NCBI RefSeq assembly: GCF_026626665.1
Contig: NZ_JAPNKE010000002.1
Coordinates: 1,293,204 to 1,357,203, forward strand
Length of the DNA stretch: 64,000 nucleotides
From: Nannocystis pusilla
GTDB lineage: Bacteria > Myxococcota_A > Polyangia > Nannocystales > Nannocystaceae
Reading direction: 5' to 3'
Shown: positions 52,545-64,000 of the stretch, in pieces
How positions within the stretch are numbered: the stretch's first letter is position 1
Layout: each line of letters begins with the position of its first letter
Notes under the pieces: model-generated
The model's database searches: none
What the model was told of the DNA's origin: nothing
Seen by the model: the letters and a program-made list of their open reading frames with translations, nothing else
Translations under genes and position numbers: made by a program

Positions 52545-52636
52545 CGTGCCGGCACTATAGGGCCCACCGCGGAGCTTGCGCGCGGGCGGCCGGTTTCACG
52601 CGTCCGGGCGCCCCCAGGGCCGGCGGGCGCCGATCC

Positions 52637-54506
<1,870 letters not shown>

Positions 54507-54520
<14 letters not shown>

Positions 54521-56895
54521 GCGCCGGACCGCGCGGGCGCTGCGGACCCTGCTGCCGGTCTTGCTGTCGGCTTCGGCCTGCGCCCCGCGCGGGCCGACGA
54601 CCGCGGCGCCGGGTGCCCCGAAGGACATGTCCTCGGAGACATCCGGTGCGGCGGCGGTGGCGGCCTGCGACAAGCAGGCGAGCGCGGTCCAGGACGGGCT
54701 GGTGCGCCTGGCGGATCGCTACCTGTGGGAGGAGATCGAGCTGCTCGTCCAGGCTCACGCGGCGACCCGCGGCCGGCCCGACGCGGCTCGCTGCGCCGAG
54801 GCGACCCGCGCGGCGCTGACGACCGTGACGCTGCGCTGGGCCGAGCAGGGGGCCGAGTCGGGCGGGTCGCAGAGCCACGCGCTGGCCCGCCAGGCCTACG
54901 CGGCGCTGCGCCAGCACTTCCCCGCCGAGGCCGAGGCGCCGCTGCTGCACCACGCGATGGGCAAGCTCGAGTGGGCCCGCGCCGAGCGGCTGACGCTCGA
55001 GATCGGCGAGCGCACCCTGACCGACGAGGCGCTGCGCGAGGCCCACGCCCACCACCGCGCCGCCCTGGCCGGCGGGCTGCCGACCGAGCAGGCCGCCCGT
55101 TCGGCCCGCGCCCAGCTCGACGCGGTCCGCCGCGTGCGCGAGGGAGAGCCTGCTCGATGGGTCATGTCTGAACAGACATGTCTGCCGGATCCGCGGGGCC
55201 GCTGCATCGACCCGGTCCCGCGCGTCGCCCCCGGCGAGCTGACCGCCGGCGACCGCGAGTGGCTGGCCGCCTACGACGCCTTCCTCGCCGAGCCCGGGCT
55301 GCAGGGCACGCCCGAGGCCGGGCAGGTCGCGGTCGAGCGGGCCGAATTGCTGATGCGATACCGCCGCTGGGACGAGGCCGAGACGAGCCTGCGCGCCGTC
55401 ACCGGGCCGGCGCGCGAGCAGGCGCGGGTGCTGCTGGTCGGCCTGCTGCTGGCGCGCTGGATGGAGGCCGCCAGCGCCGGCGATCGCTCGGCCGCCCGCG
55501 TCGCCCTGGTCACCGCGGCTGTCGAGGTCGAGGCCGCCGGCGGGCCGCAGGTGGCCCAGGTGGCGGCGCTGCGGCGCGCGGCGCTGTGGGCCCAGGCCGA
55601 GGAGTCGGAGGCGGTCGGCGACGACGCCCGCTGCGGCGCGGCCTTCGAGGGGCTCTACGCCGACCTCGGCGCCGACATCCACGCGGCGGCCGAGGCGGCC
55701 GACGGCGCCGGTCGCTGCTACGAGCGCGCCGGCCTGACGCAGAAGGCGATCGACTGGCTCGAGCGCATGGCCGACGTCCACCGCGAGGACCCGCGGGCCC
55801 CCGACGCGGTGCTGCGGCTGGCCCGCTTGCACGAGCGGATCTTGAACGACGAGCAGGCCCGCGACCGCTACCTCGATCTGGTGGCCCGCGCCCCGCGGCA
55901 CCGCGCCGCCGCGACCGCCCGCCGCCGCTCGCTGATCTTGAGCCTGCGCGCCGGGACATTGCCCGAAGGACAGCTGGACGCGCTGATCCGCGGCCGCCCG
56001 GAGGAGCGCACGCTGGCGGCGGCGATCCAGTTCCGCGCGGTGTTCCGCCCCGGCGTCACGCCCGAGGCGGCCGAGAAGTACATCGAGCGGTTCGGCAAGG
56101 AGGGCGGGCCGCGGCGGCTGGCGATCGCCCACGCGCGCGCGGCCGAGGCGTGGCTGCGCGCGTCCTGCCCGGTCCCCGGGGCCGAGGGCCTGTGCGTCGA
56201 ATTCGGCCGCGACCGCACGCCTGCGCGGGTGGTCGCGCGCCTGCCAGCCGCACGCCAAGGGCCGCGAGCACCTCGACCGCGCGCAGAAGTTGTTGCCCGA
56301 GGTCAGCGGCGGCGAGGTCGACAAGCTCGAGGCGCCGATCGCCGTCGACGCCGACGAGGCGCGCGTCGCCAGCCGCCAGGTCGCGCTGCTGCAGGGCGAC
56401 CTCGACGCCGAGTCGGCGCTCACCAGCCAGCCGCCGAAGAGCCTCGACCCGGCCCGCTCGCGCGCGTGGCTCGAGGTCCGCAAGGCCGAGGTCGAGCGCA
56501 TGAGCGCGGTCTACGAGACCGCCACCGCGGGCGGGACCGGCGGCCGCGATCAGTCGGCGGCGCTGGTCGAGACCCGCAAGGCGCAGGTGTACGAGTCCGA
56601 CCTGGCGCTGCTCGACGAGGTGGGCGCCGCCGTCGAGGCCGCCGGCGACGCCGGCCTGGCCCAGCAGATGCGCGAGCTGGCGGCCCAGCGCCGCGAGGCG
56701 GTGTTCACCGCGTACGCCCGCTGCCTCGACCACGTGGCCGCGTGGGGCCACGACGCCGGGGGCCAGAGCGCGCTGTGCCGCGCCGGCCTCGGCCGCCTGG
56801 TCGGTCGCTACGAGGAGCCGCTGGAGTACGCGCCCGACCACGACGGGCGGGTGATCGTCGGCGCGGCGGCCCGAGCGTCGGGCCCTCCGCGGTGA
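54507..56895 (+). CDS. Secreted TPR-like repeat protein co-transcribed with the kinase. Frameshift (one extra C) near 56245.
   Basis: MARRERRTARALRTLLPVLLSASAC signal. Helical-repeat body in the 54507 frame up to ...ARVVAR, then ...HAKGREHLDRAQKLLPEVSGGEVDKLEAPIAVDADEARV... in the 56290 frame to the stop at 56895. Confidence 0.6.
54624..54645 (+). repeat. Intragenic 2-unit array (GGACATGTCC + GAGACATCC, 14-bp phased) in the signal-peptide coding region of the TPR gene
   Basis: Centres at 54627.5 and 54641.5. Encodes KDMSSETS. Confidence 0.6.
55161..55182 (+). repeat. Intragenic perfect palindrome CATGTCTGaaCAGACATG (two 14-bp phased units) inside the TPR gene
   Basis: Centres at 55164.5 and 55178.5. 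Encodes VMSEQTCL. Confidence 0.6.
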
Positions 56896-56937
56896 GGCTG
56901 AGCCGCCGCGGGCGACGCGCTGAGGCGAGCATTTACG

Positions 56938-57016
56938 GACATGCTCGAACGATCATGTCTCCAAGAGCATGTCGGATAGAGACTGCCTGAAAGAGCATGT
57001 CCCGTGAGACATGCCC
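56938..57016. repeat. Six-unit 14-bp periodic array (GGACATGCTC, ATCATGTCTC, GAGCATGTCG, degenerate, GAGCATGTCC, AGACATGCCC)
   Basis: Centres at 56941.5, 56955.5, 56969.5, 56983.5 (degenerate), 56997.5 and 57011.5. Lies between convergent TPR genes. Confidence 0.85.
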
Positions 57017-57028
57017 GAAGTGCCAGCC

Positions 57029-58141
57029 TCAGTCACCGAGCTCGCGCAGCAGGATCCGCGCGCGCAGGCGGCGGCGCTCGTCGGCGCCGAGGGCGTCGAC
57101 GTAGGCCCGCAGGAGCGCGCGGGCCTCGGCGCGGGCGGCCGGGTCGGCGGCGTCGGCCAGCAGGATGCCGAGGTTGAAGGTCAGCTCCGGCGGCAGCTTG
57201 GCGGGCGTCGCGGTGTCGAGCCCGAGCTCGGCGAGCGCGCTGCGATAGGCGGCCTCGGCCGGCTCGCGCTCGCGGCGGCGGGCGTGGCTGACCCCGAGGC
57301 CGAGGAACGCGGCGTAGCGCAGGCGCGGCGAGGGGGCGGCGGAGGCCAGCCGGTACAGCCGCACCGCCTCGTCGAGGTTGCCCGCCGCGAGCTCGGCGGC
57401 GGCCCAGGCGAGCGCCGCGGCGTGGTCGTCGGGCGCCAGCTCGAGCGCGCGGGCGAAGCGACGCCGACCGTCGACCGGATCGGCCGAGCGGAAGGCGATC
57501 CGCCCGCACGCGGCCGCCAGCACCGCCGCGCCCTCGCGGTCGCGCAGGCGGGCGAGCAGCGGGTCGGCGCGGTCGCGGCAGATCGGCGCGGCCCGCTCGC
57601 GCGGATCGGCGTCGTGCAGCGCGGTGAAGCGCAGCGCCAGGCTCAGCGCGTAGGGGTCGTCGGCGGTGACCGCCAGCGCGGCCGCGACGTCGCGCGCCAG
57701 CGCGGCCGCGTCGATCGGCCCGTCGCGCTTGCCCGGGTCCTCGGGCCGCCGCGCCCTGGCGTCGAGGTACGCCGAGACGTCGCGGGTGAGGCGGTAGACG
57801 GCGCGCGCCCCGGCCGTCAGCGGCAGCTCGCCCACCGCCGCGTCGATGTCGCCGACCCGCCCCGACTCGTGGGCCAGCACCGCCAGCGCGTAGGCCCGCG
57901 CGGTCGAGCCCGGATCGCGGCGCAGCAGGGCGAAGCGGATCGCCAGCGCGCCCGCGTCGTCGCCGCAGCGGAGCAGGACGTCGGCCCGGGCGAGCGCGCG
58001 GGAGCTGTCCCCGGGGACAGGCGCCGGGGCGCACGGATCGACCGCGGCCGGGGCCGGCGGCGGGGCCGGCGGCGCCTTGTCCGGCGCCGTCTGACGCGCG
58101 CAGGCGAGCAGGAGCGCGCAGAGGAGCAGGGCGCGGGGCAC
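57029..58141 (-). CDS. TPR-repeat lipoprotein
   Basis: MPRALLLCALLLACA. Ala/Leu/Arg-rich helical repeats (...AVRLYRLASAAPSPRLRYAAFLGLGVSHARRRE...). Confidence 0.7.
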   Translation of the reverse strand: MPRALLLCALLLACARQTAPDKAPPAPPPAPAAVDPCAPAPVPGDSSRALARADVLLRCGDDAGALAIRFALLRRDPGSTARAYALAVLAHESGRVGDIDAAVGELPLTAGARAVYRLTRDVSAYLDARARRPEDPGKRDGPIDAAALARDVAAALAVTADDPYALSLALRFTALHDADPRERAAPICRDRADPLLARLRDREGAAVLAAACGRIAFRSADPVDGRRRFARALELAPDDHAAALAWAAAELAAGNLDEAVRLYRLASAAPSPRLRYAAFLGLGVSHARRREREPAEAAYRSALAELGLDTATPAKLPPELTFNLGILLADAADPAARAEARALLRAYVDALGADERRRLRARILLRELGD

Positions 58142-58574
58142 GGGGCGGCGAGGATATCAGCGCGGGGCGAACTTCTCCACGAAGCGACAGGCGCCGGGCC
58201 GTCGCGGACAGGGGCCGCCGCGACAGCGACGTCGCGGCGACGTCCGCGGGCGGCTCACCCCGGTCGCTCGCGGTCCGGGCGGTCCGGTCCATGGCCGAGC
58301 GCGACGATCGGCGCCTCCGCGAAGATGTGCTGGACGGCGCAAAGCCGGGATCGACCTCGTTCGGGTGGGCGAGGACCGTCGGCGGGAACGCTTGGCCATG
58401 GAGGCTGCGTCATCCTGCGGAACGGCGGGAACGCCAGTCCGACAGCAGGGCGCTCGGCAGCCCGATCGCTCGCGTCGCGCCCGCTTGCGCTGGCGTCTCG
58501 ATCTCGGACCCTTCGATGATGCTGCAGATCCGCTGGGAGCGGTCGAGCTGCGGCCGTCGTGGCTTGTTCGACTG

Positions 58575-59966
58575 ATGTACCGTATGGACATGCAGCACGC
58601 GCACGCGGTCTTGGTCCTCGCGCTCGCGCTCACTGCCGCGTGCCTCTCCAGCTACTATCAGCCGCCTGCCGAGGGCGCGACGGCCGACGAGGGGCTCACG
58701 ACGACGAGCACGAGCAGCACGAGCACCGGCAGCCCCGAGGTTGCGACGGGACCGAAGTTCGACATTCCGTACCCCGATCTCCCCGATCCCGCGTGCGAGC
58801 AGCAGCCGCTCGCCGCCGATTGCGAGCCCTCGTGCGTCTCCGGCTGGACCGCCGCCGCCGAGGTGTGCGACGTCGAACCGTTCACCGCGCCGGCGCCGTT
58901 CTACCCGCTGCTGGTCGATTGCTCGTGCAGTGACAGCGTCGACGTCGTCCTCGTCGACCTGGATCACGACGGCTTCGACGACATCGTCAGCGCCTGCTCC
59001 TACGAGTCGCGCGCAGTGGTCCACTACGGCGGCAGCCAGCGGCCGCTGGCGTGCCCTGTCGAGCACGCCGTCCTCTCGTCCCCCTCGTCGGTCGCCGTCG
59101 CCGACTTCGACATGGACGGGCATCTCGACATCCTCGCGGGGGGCGACGACTTCGGCGGGGGAGGGGCGCTCTTCAGTCTGCTTCGCGGCCGCGGCGGACG
59201 CAGCTTCGGTCCGCAAGAGCTCGTACTCGCTCCGGAGCTTCCCTCGACCTCTCGTCTCACGGCCGCCGACCTCGACGCCGACGGCGACCCCGACCTGATC
59301 GCGCACGACTCTGGTATCGCGCAGGTGCTCCTGGGAGACGGGCTCGGCGGCTTCGTGCCGGGCCAGACGATCACCTTGCCCCCGACTTGCCGCATCGACT
59401 CGTCGGACGACCTCGACGGTGACGCCCTCGTCGACCTGGTCCGGGCGTGTTCCGAGGACGGCGGCGTCCAGTTTCATCGCGGCGACGGCCACGGCGGTTT
59501 CGCCGATCCGGCGCCGCTCGTCGCCAGCGACCAGTGGATCGAGGCGCTGACCATCGCCGACCTCGACGGCGACCTGAGACGCGACCTCGTCCTGCTCCGC
59601 GAGACCGACATCGCTATCGCCATCGCCGTCGCCCCCGGCGAATACGGCCCGCTCGAGCCGATCGGCCCGGCGTTCGTCGGTCAAGCGATCGCCGCCGTCG
59701 ACCTCGACGGCGAGGACGGCCTGCTCGAGATCCTGGTCCACGGCACCGACTACAACAACCCCGAGCATCAGACCGCCCGTACGCGCCTGCTCACCGGCGA
59801 CCCCCAGCAGGGCTTCACTCTGACCGCCACGCTCGTCCACGCCCAGCAAGTGCTGTCGCCGCACTTCGGCGACTTCAACGGCGACGGCCGCCTCGACCTC
59901 GTGTTCGGCCACTATCTCTCGGCGTACAACGACGGCGGCATCTACTACCTGGAGAGCGCGCCATGA
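58575..59966 (+). CDS. FG-GAP/VCBS repeat lipoprotein (integrin-alpha-like beta-propeller)
   Basis: MYRMDMQHAHAVLVLALALTAAC. Repeated xDxDGDGxxDL motifs (DFDMDGHLDIL, ADLDADGDPDLI, ADLDGDLRRDLVLL, GDFNGDGRLDLVF). Confidence 0.75.
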   Translation: MYRMDMQHAHAVLVLALALTAACLSSYYQPPAEGATADEGLTTTSTSSTSTGSPEVATGPKFDIPYPDLPDPACEQQPLAADCEPSCVSGWTAAAEVCDVEPFTAPAPFYPLLVDCSCSDSVDVVLVDLDHDGFDDIVSACSYESRAVVHYGGSQRPLACPVEHAVLSSPSSVAVADFDMDGHLDILAGGDDFGGGGALFSLLRGRGGRSFGPQELVLAPELPSTSRLTAADLDADGDPDLIAHDSGIAQVLLGDGLGGFVPGQTITLPPTCRIDSSDDLDGDALVDLVRACSEDGGVQFHRGDGHGGFADPAPLVASDQWIEALTIADLDGDLRRDLVLLRETDIAIAIAVAPGEYGPLEPIGPAFVGQAIAAVDLDGEDGLLEILVHGTDYNNPEHQTARTRLLTGDPQQGFTLTATLVHAQQVLSPHFGDFNGDGRLDLVFGHYLSAYNDGGIYYLESAP

Positions 59967-61132
59967 AGCGCCGCGGCGTCCTCGCCCTCGCGCTCGTCGC
60001 CTGCACACCCGCGCCGCTCGCGGGCGACTCCGACGGCTCCACGTCGACCGCCTTCGGGCCGGTCGAGCCGGGCACGAGCAGCGCCGCCAGCACGACGACC
60101 GACCCTCTCGACGACGCACCCGCCGAGATCGACCTCGGCGTCGTCGCCGACGGCTTCGCGTTGCTCGACCTCGACGAGGACGGGCACATCGACCTCGTCA
60201 CCAGCGCTTACACCACCGCGGTCCAGCTGCTTCGCGGTCGTGGCGACGGCAGCTTCGACGCGCCGATCGGCCTCGGTGACGGCTTCGACTCGTATGCGAG
60301 CGCGGTCGTCGGCGGGGACTTCGACGGCGACGGCGCCCGCGACCTCGCGGTCCTTTGGAGCGCACACCTCGTCCTGCTCCGCGATCCGCTGCACGGGCCG
60401 CACGAGGCGCTCCACGCCCCCTCCGCCGGTGTCGCCGCCGCGCGCGGCGACGCCGACGCCGACGGCCTCGACGACCTGTTCTTGGCCGGCGGGAACGTAC
60501 TTGACCGCCTCCATGGAGATGCCAGCGGGGTCTTCGATCTGCGGCCGCCGCTGGGTCTGGGGGGCGAGCCGGTCGACATCGTCGCCGCCGACCTCGACGC
60601 TGACGGCGCCGTTGACATCGTCACCGCCAACGTCGGCACCGACGACCTCAGCCTGCTCCGCGGCGACGGTCTCGGCGGCTTTCTCCCGCAGACGCTGCTG
60701 CCCGTCGGCGACCAGCCGTTCGCCGTCGCCGTCGCCGACCTCGACGTCGATGGCACCCTCGACCTCGTGGTCTTGCACGTCGGCGGGCTCGTCACGCTGC
60801 GCGGCCTCGGCGGCAGCGCCTTCGCTGCGCCTCACGGCATCGCGCTTCCCGAGCACTACAGCCGGCACGAAGCGAGCTTTGCCGTGTGCGAGCTCGACGG
60901 CGACGAGCGCCCCGAGATCGTCGTGACGCGCGACTTCAACGGGTACGGCTGGCTCACCCGGTTCGAGGTCGCCGAAGACACCCGGGTCATCGAGCCGAAG
61001 GTCCTCCGGAGCGGCCGAGGGGTGGGGCGGATCGTCTGCGCCGACCTCGACGGCGACGATCGCGACGACCTCGTCTTCGACGCCTTCCGCCCCGGCGGCT
61101 CCACGCTTCACCTCCTGAGGTCGTCGCCATGA
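59963..61132 (+). CDS. Second FG-GAP/VCBS repeat lipoprotein (ATGA overlap with the first)
   Basis: MKRRGVLALALVAC. LDLDEDGHIDLV, GDFDGDGARDLAV, ADLDADGAVDIV, ADLDVDGTLDLVV, ADLDGDDRDDLVF. Confidence 0.75.
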   Translation: MKRRGVLALALVACTPAPLAGDSDGSTSTAFGPVEPGTSSAASTTTDPLDDAPAEIDLGVVADGFALLDLDEDGHIDLVTSAYTTAVQLLRGRGDGSFDAPIGLGDGFDSYASAVVGGDFDGDGARDLAVLWSAHLVLLRDPLHGPHEALHAPSAGVAAARGDADADGLDDLFLAGGNVLDRLHGDASGVFDLRPPLGLGGEPVDIVAADLDADGAVDIVTANVGTDDLSLLRGDGLGGFLPQTLLPVGDQPFAVAVADLDVDGTLDLVVLHVGGLVTLRGLGGSAFAAPHGIALPEHYSRHEASFAVCELDGDERPEIVVTRDFNGYGWLTRFEVAEDTRVIEPKVLRSGRGVGRIVCADLDGDDRDDLVFDAFRPGGSTLHLLRSSP

Positions 61133-61337
61133 ACGAACGCGCCAGCGCCGAGTCGTCGCGGAGGCCCGTACGGATATGACAATGAACTTTGGGACATGTA
61201 CCGTCATTCTTGGCGATTCGCCGCTCCCCGCGCCGGCGGCGGTCCCGCCGTGAGCAGAGGCCGATCTACGGCGAATGTCGACACCCTGAATAGGCGGATC
61301 CGACGCGCGTCCGTGCGCACCGAGGTTTTTAAAAGAA

Positions 61338-61835
61338 ATGCCCAAGCTCATCCTGACCCTGTTGGCGCTCCTCTTCAGCGTGACCGGTTGCAGCTTCACG
61401 CTCTCGTCGCACGGCGGTTGGGGGTCGGAGGGGCCCGCGCCGCGGATGGCCGGCCGCGGCTACGGCTGGGCCTCCGCGGGCGACCCGGGCCTGCACGGCC
61501 GCGGCAAGCCGGCCCGCCGCGTCGACGCCAGCGAGCGCCCCGCGACGAAGCCGGCCGGTGCGGCGCCGCAGAAGGCGAAGCAGCCGGCGATCGCCTGGGC
61601 GGGCGAGGTGCCGAAGAAAGCAAAGAAGCCGGCGATCACGTGGGCGGGCGAGGTGCCGAAGAAAGCGAAGAAGCCGGCGATCACGTGGGCGGGCGAGGCG
61701 CCGAAGAAGGCGAAGCAGCCGGCGATCACGTGGGCCGGGAAGGTGCCGCCGAAGCGGACGAAGCAGCCGAGAAAGCCCGCCGACGAGCGGCCGGCGATCA
61801 CGTGGGCCGGCACGGTCCCGCCGCGCCCGCAATGA
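61338..61835 (+). CDS. Lipoprotein with five 15-aa tandem repeats (PKKAKKPAITWAGEV)
   Basis: MPKLILTLLALLFSVTGC lipobox. 45-bp DNA repeats at about 61591-61800. Lower GC than neighbours. Followed by a strong intrinsic terminator. Confidence 0.7.
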   Translation: MPKLILTLLALLFSVTGCSFTLSSHGGWGSEGPAPRMAGRGYGWASAGDPGLHGRGKPARRVDASERPATKPAGAAPQKAKQPAIAWAGEVPKKAKKPAITWAGEVPKKAKKPAITWAGEAPKKAKQPAITWAGKVPPKRTKQPRKPADERPAITWAGTVPPRPQ

Positions 61836-61882
61836 GGTCGAGCAGGCGCGGCGCCCGAGACGCACGCCGAACCTGCTCACAC

Positions 61883-61914
61883 GGCCATGTCCATGAGGAC
61901 ATGGCCGTTTTTTC
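61883..61914 (+). terminator. Intrinsic terminator GGCCATGTCC-atga-GGACATGGCC + GTTTTTT
   Basis: Perfect 10-bp stem, 4-nt loop, T6 run, 48 nt after the stop at 61835. The stem is an ATGTCC-N4-GGACAT unit of the 14-bp family. A further GGACATGTCC lies at 61957-61966. Confidence 0.8.
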
Positions 61915-62004
61915 GTGCGCCAGCGAAGGCGCCTCGCGCTCGCCGCCTGGCCGAACGGACATGTCCTCGCGGACCGCCGCGGCGCGGCGCTCGCCGGCTC
62001 CGCG

Positions 62005-62907
62005 TCACGGCCTGGTCGGCTGCGGATCCCAGGCCGTGAGGGCCCGGTAGAAGACCTCCGGATCCAGTAGCGGCGGCAGGCCGGCGACCTGGCCGTCGCC
62101 GAGCTCGATCGCGGTCCAACCTCCGGCCGCTCGCTCGGCGAGGTCGAGGCTGAAGAAGCGGCTCGGCACGCGGCGGGCGAGGTCGGCGAACTCGGGCGGC
62201 GCGACCTCGTCGGCGATCTCCCACGCCGGCGCCTCGACGAGCGGGCGTCCGTCGGCGATGAACCGCCGCCATTCGCGGGGCAGGGGCATCCCGCTCCTCG
62301 GGTGGTTCCCGAGCGGCACCAGCGGCTCGTAGGCCCGGAAGACCAGGCCGCCGACGAGGTCGTCGCCCTGTCGATCGAGGAAGTTGCCGACCACGCGACG
62401 GACCTCGGCGACGTCGTCGGCCGCGCGGATGAAGCACGCGTCGTTCCACTCGTGCTTGCGCGACTTGACGTAGTCCTTGACGACGAGCGCGCGCCCGCCG
62501 AAGCGCGCCAGTGCGGCCTCGATCCGTGACCCGTGCAGGCCGTCCTCGCGCGGCAGCACCACGGTCTCCGGCGTGTCGTCCGCGAGGTGCGGCAGCGCGG
62601 CGGGCAGCAGGTGCGCGCTGCGATAGGCCGCGGGGTCGTTGACGAGCTGCAGGCCGCGCGCGCCGAGGCCGGCGTGCAGCGCGTCGTAGGCCGCCAGCGG
62701 CAACATCCAGCCGCGGTAGACCGCGACCTCGACGGCCTCGCTCGCCCGGACCCGACGCAGCGCAGCGCCGACGTCTCCTGCGACCAGGGCCTCGAAGTCG
62801 ACGCACGACCACGCGACGCCGACCGCGTCGGCGGCCGCGACCTCGGGCGCGAACGCGCGATCGGGATGGCGCTCGAGCAGCGGGTCGGTGCAGAACAGTA
62901 CGCGCAT
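62005..62907 (-). CDS. ATP-grasp domain-containing protein
   Basis: 300 aa. ...GRALVVKDYVKSRKHEWNDACFIRAADDVAEVRRVVGNFLD... resembles the uncharacterised ATP-grasp (DUF4343-like) family. Confidence 0.6.
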   Translation of the reverse strand: MRVLFCTDPLLERHPDRAFAPEVAAADAVGVAWSCVDFEALVAGDVGAALRRVRASEAVEVAVYRGWMLPLAAYDALHAGLGARGLQLVNDPAAYRSAHLLPAALPHLADDTPETVVLPREDGLHGSRIEAALARFGGRALVVKDYVKSRKHEWNDACFIRAADDVAEVRRVVGNFLDRQGDDLVGGLVFRAYEPLVPLGNHPRSGMPLPREWRRFIADGRPLVEAPAWEIADEVAPPEFADLARRVPSRFFSLDLAERAAGGWTAIELGDGQVAGLPPLLDPEVFYRALTAWDPQPTRP

Positions 62908-63007
62908 GCGGGCATCCTAGCGGGCGTCGGCGCGCGCGGCAGGACCTTCCGCTGCAGGCCCCGTGCGCGACATCGGCCGGCAACAGCCAGTACACCGCTC
63001 TGTTACG

Positions 63008-64000
63008 ATGGCGCGTCCGGGGGGTGGAAGGGGTTTGATCGCCAACTTGGTCTCGGCGCTGACGGGTAACGCGGCGCTGTTCACGTTCACCGCCTCCGCG
63101 GGCGATCTCGAAGTCATCCGCTTCGCCGGCTTCGAGGCGGTCTCGTCGCTGTTCGAGCTGCGCATCGAGCTCGCGGGCCCCGAGATCGACCTCGCGGCAT
63201 TGGTCGACAAACCGGCCCTGCTGACGATCGGCGGCGTCGAGTCGCCGCGCCAGATCCACGGCCTCGTGTGCGGCGCCGAGTACAGCGGCGAGCTGCGCCA
63301 GCACCACGTCTACGAGGTGACCTTCGTGCCGCGGGTGTGGCGGCTGACGCGGCGCCAGGACAGCCGGATCTTCCAGCGCAAGACGACGCAGAAGATCGTC
63401 GGCGAGGTGCTCGAGAAGGCCGGGATCCCGCGCGACTGGTTCCGCTTCGACCTGTTCGCCTCGTACAACCCGCGCGACTACTGCGTGCAGTACCGCGAGT
63501 CGGACTGGGACTTCGTCAGCCGGCTGCTCGAGGAGGACGGCATCTACTATTACTTCGAGCACAGCGCCGAGAAGCACGTGCTCGTGATGAGCGACAAGCC
63601 CGGCGCGCCGGCGATCGCGGGCCCGCAGGAGGTGTGGTGGGCCCCGCCGCACGGGTTCGTGCGCGGGCAGGAGCACATCACCCGCTTCCGCCTGCTCGAG
63701 GGCGTGCGCACCGGCAAGTCATCCCTGCGCGACCACAACCTCCACAAGCCCGACCAGCAGATGGACGCCAGCGAGTCGGCGCAGCTGGCCACCGACCTCG
63801 AGGTCTACGACTTCCCCGGCGAGTACCAGGAGAGCGGCGGGCGCACCTCGGATCAGGGCGCCGGCCTGGCGAAGATCCGGCTCGAGGCGATGCAGCACGA
63901 CCGCCGCCGCGGCCTCGGCGAGAGCGACTGCCCGCGGCTCGTGCCCGGCTACTCGTTCACGCAGGCCGGCCACCAGCGCGGCGACCTCGACGGCGACTAC
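63008..64000 (+). CDS. vgrG: Type VI secretion system VgrG (TssI), 5' partial; runs off the window end
   Basis: MARPGGGRGLIANLVSALTGNAALFTFTASAGDLEVIRFAGFEAVSSLFELRIELAG...RIFQRKTTQKIVGEVLEKAGI...YCVQYRESDWDFVSRLLEEDGIYYYFEH. Open to the last base. Not in the ORF track because no stop falls inside the window. Confidence 0.8.
   Translation, partial: MARPGGGRGLIANLVSALTGNAALFTFTASAGDLEVIRFAGFEAVSSLFELRIELAGPEIDLAALVDKPALLTIGGVESPRQIHGLVCGAEYSGELRQHHVYEVTFVPRVWRLTRRQDSRIFQRKTTQKIVGEVLEKAGIPRDWFRFDLFASYNPRDYCVQYRESDWDFVSRLLEEDGIYYYFEHSAEKHVLVMSDKPGAPAIAGPQEVWWAPPHGFVRGQEHITRFRLLEGVRTGKSSLRDHNLHKPDQQMDASESAQLATDLEVYDFPGEYQESGGRTSDQGAGLAKIRLEAMQHDRRRGLGESDCPRLVPGYSFTQAGHQRGDLDGDY

Noticed and set aside
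61591-61800. Regular 45-bp direct repeats, and the 9-bp and 21-bp repeats at 5036-5520, considered as CRISPR-like arrays
   Set aside because: They are in-frame coding repeats with no unique spacers and no leader.

Overview
High-GC (~70%) chromosomal window, most likely from a myxobacterium (Myxococcota). Evidence: many lipoproteins with Ser/Thr-rich linkers, a Protein S-like beta-gamma-crystallin, an Ser/Thr kinase plus TPR pair, FG-GAP lipoproteins and BlaR1-like proteases. About 52 protein-coding genes can be supported and no rRNA, tRNA or CRISPR array was seen. Gene content is: secreted proteins and lipoproteins; a BlaI/BlaR1-like repressor/protease pair; a signalling island (PAS-PAS-STAS, two hybrid histidine kinases, CheY) plus a GAF-STAS protein; a MarR-VOC operon; a coxSML-type molybdenum hydroxylase operon; HxlR plus azoreductase; an S1/P1 nuclease; an Ser/Thr kinase plus TPR operon; and a 5'-partial type VI secretion vgrG running off the right edge. 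Two things stand out. (1) A dispersed family of short tandem arrays with strict 14-bp periodicity, built on the palindromic core RGACATGTCY. It occurs at 15 or more loci, mostly at gene 3' ends; two copies double as intrinsic terminators and two arrays lie inside a coding sequence. (2) At least 12 apparent frameshifts, almost all single-base indels in G/C homopolymer runs, splitting otherwise intact genes; this looks like homopolymer sequencing error rather than pseudogenisation. Also noted: an integrase C-terminal remnant, a 1.3-kb gene-poor lower-GC stretch, a small 4-Cys secreted peptide and a tandem-repeat lipoprotein with atypical codon usage. The many Arg/Pro/Ala-rich ORFs in the six-frame track are antisense or off-frame artefacts of the GC bias and are not reported as genes.
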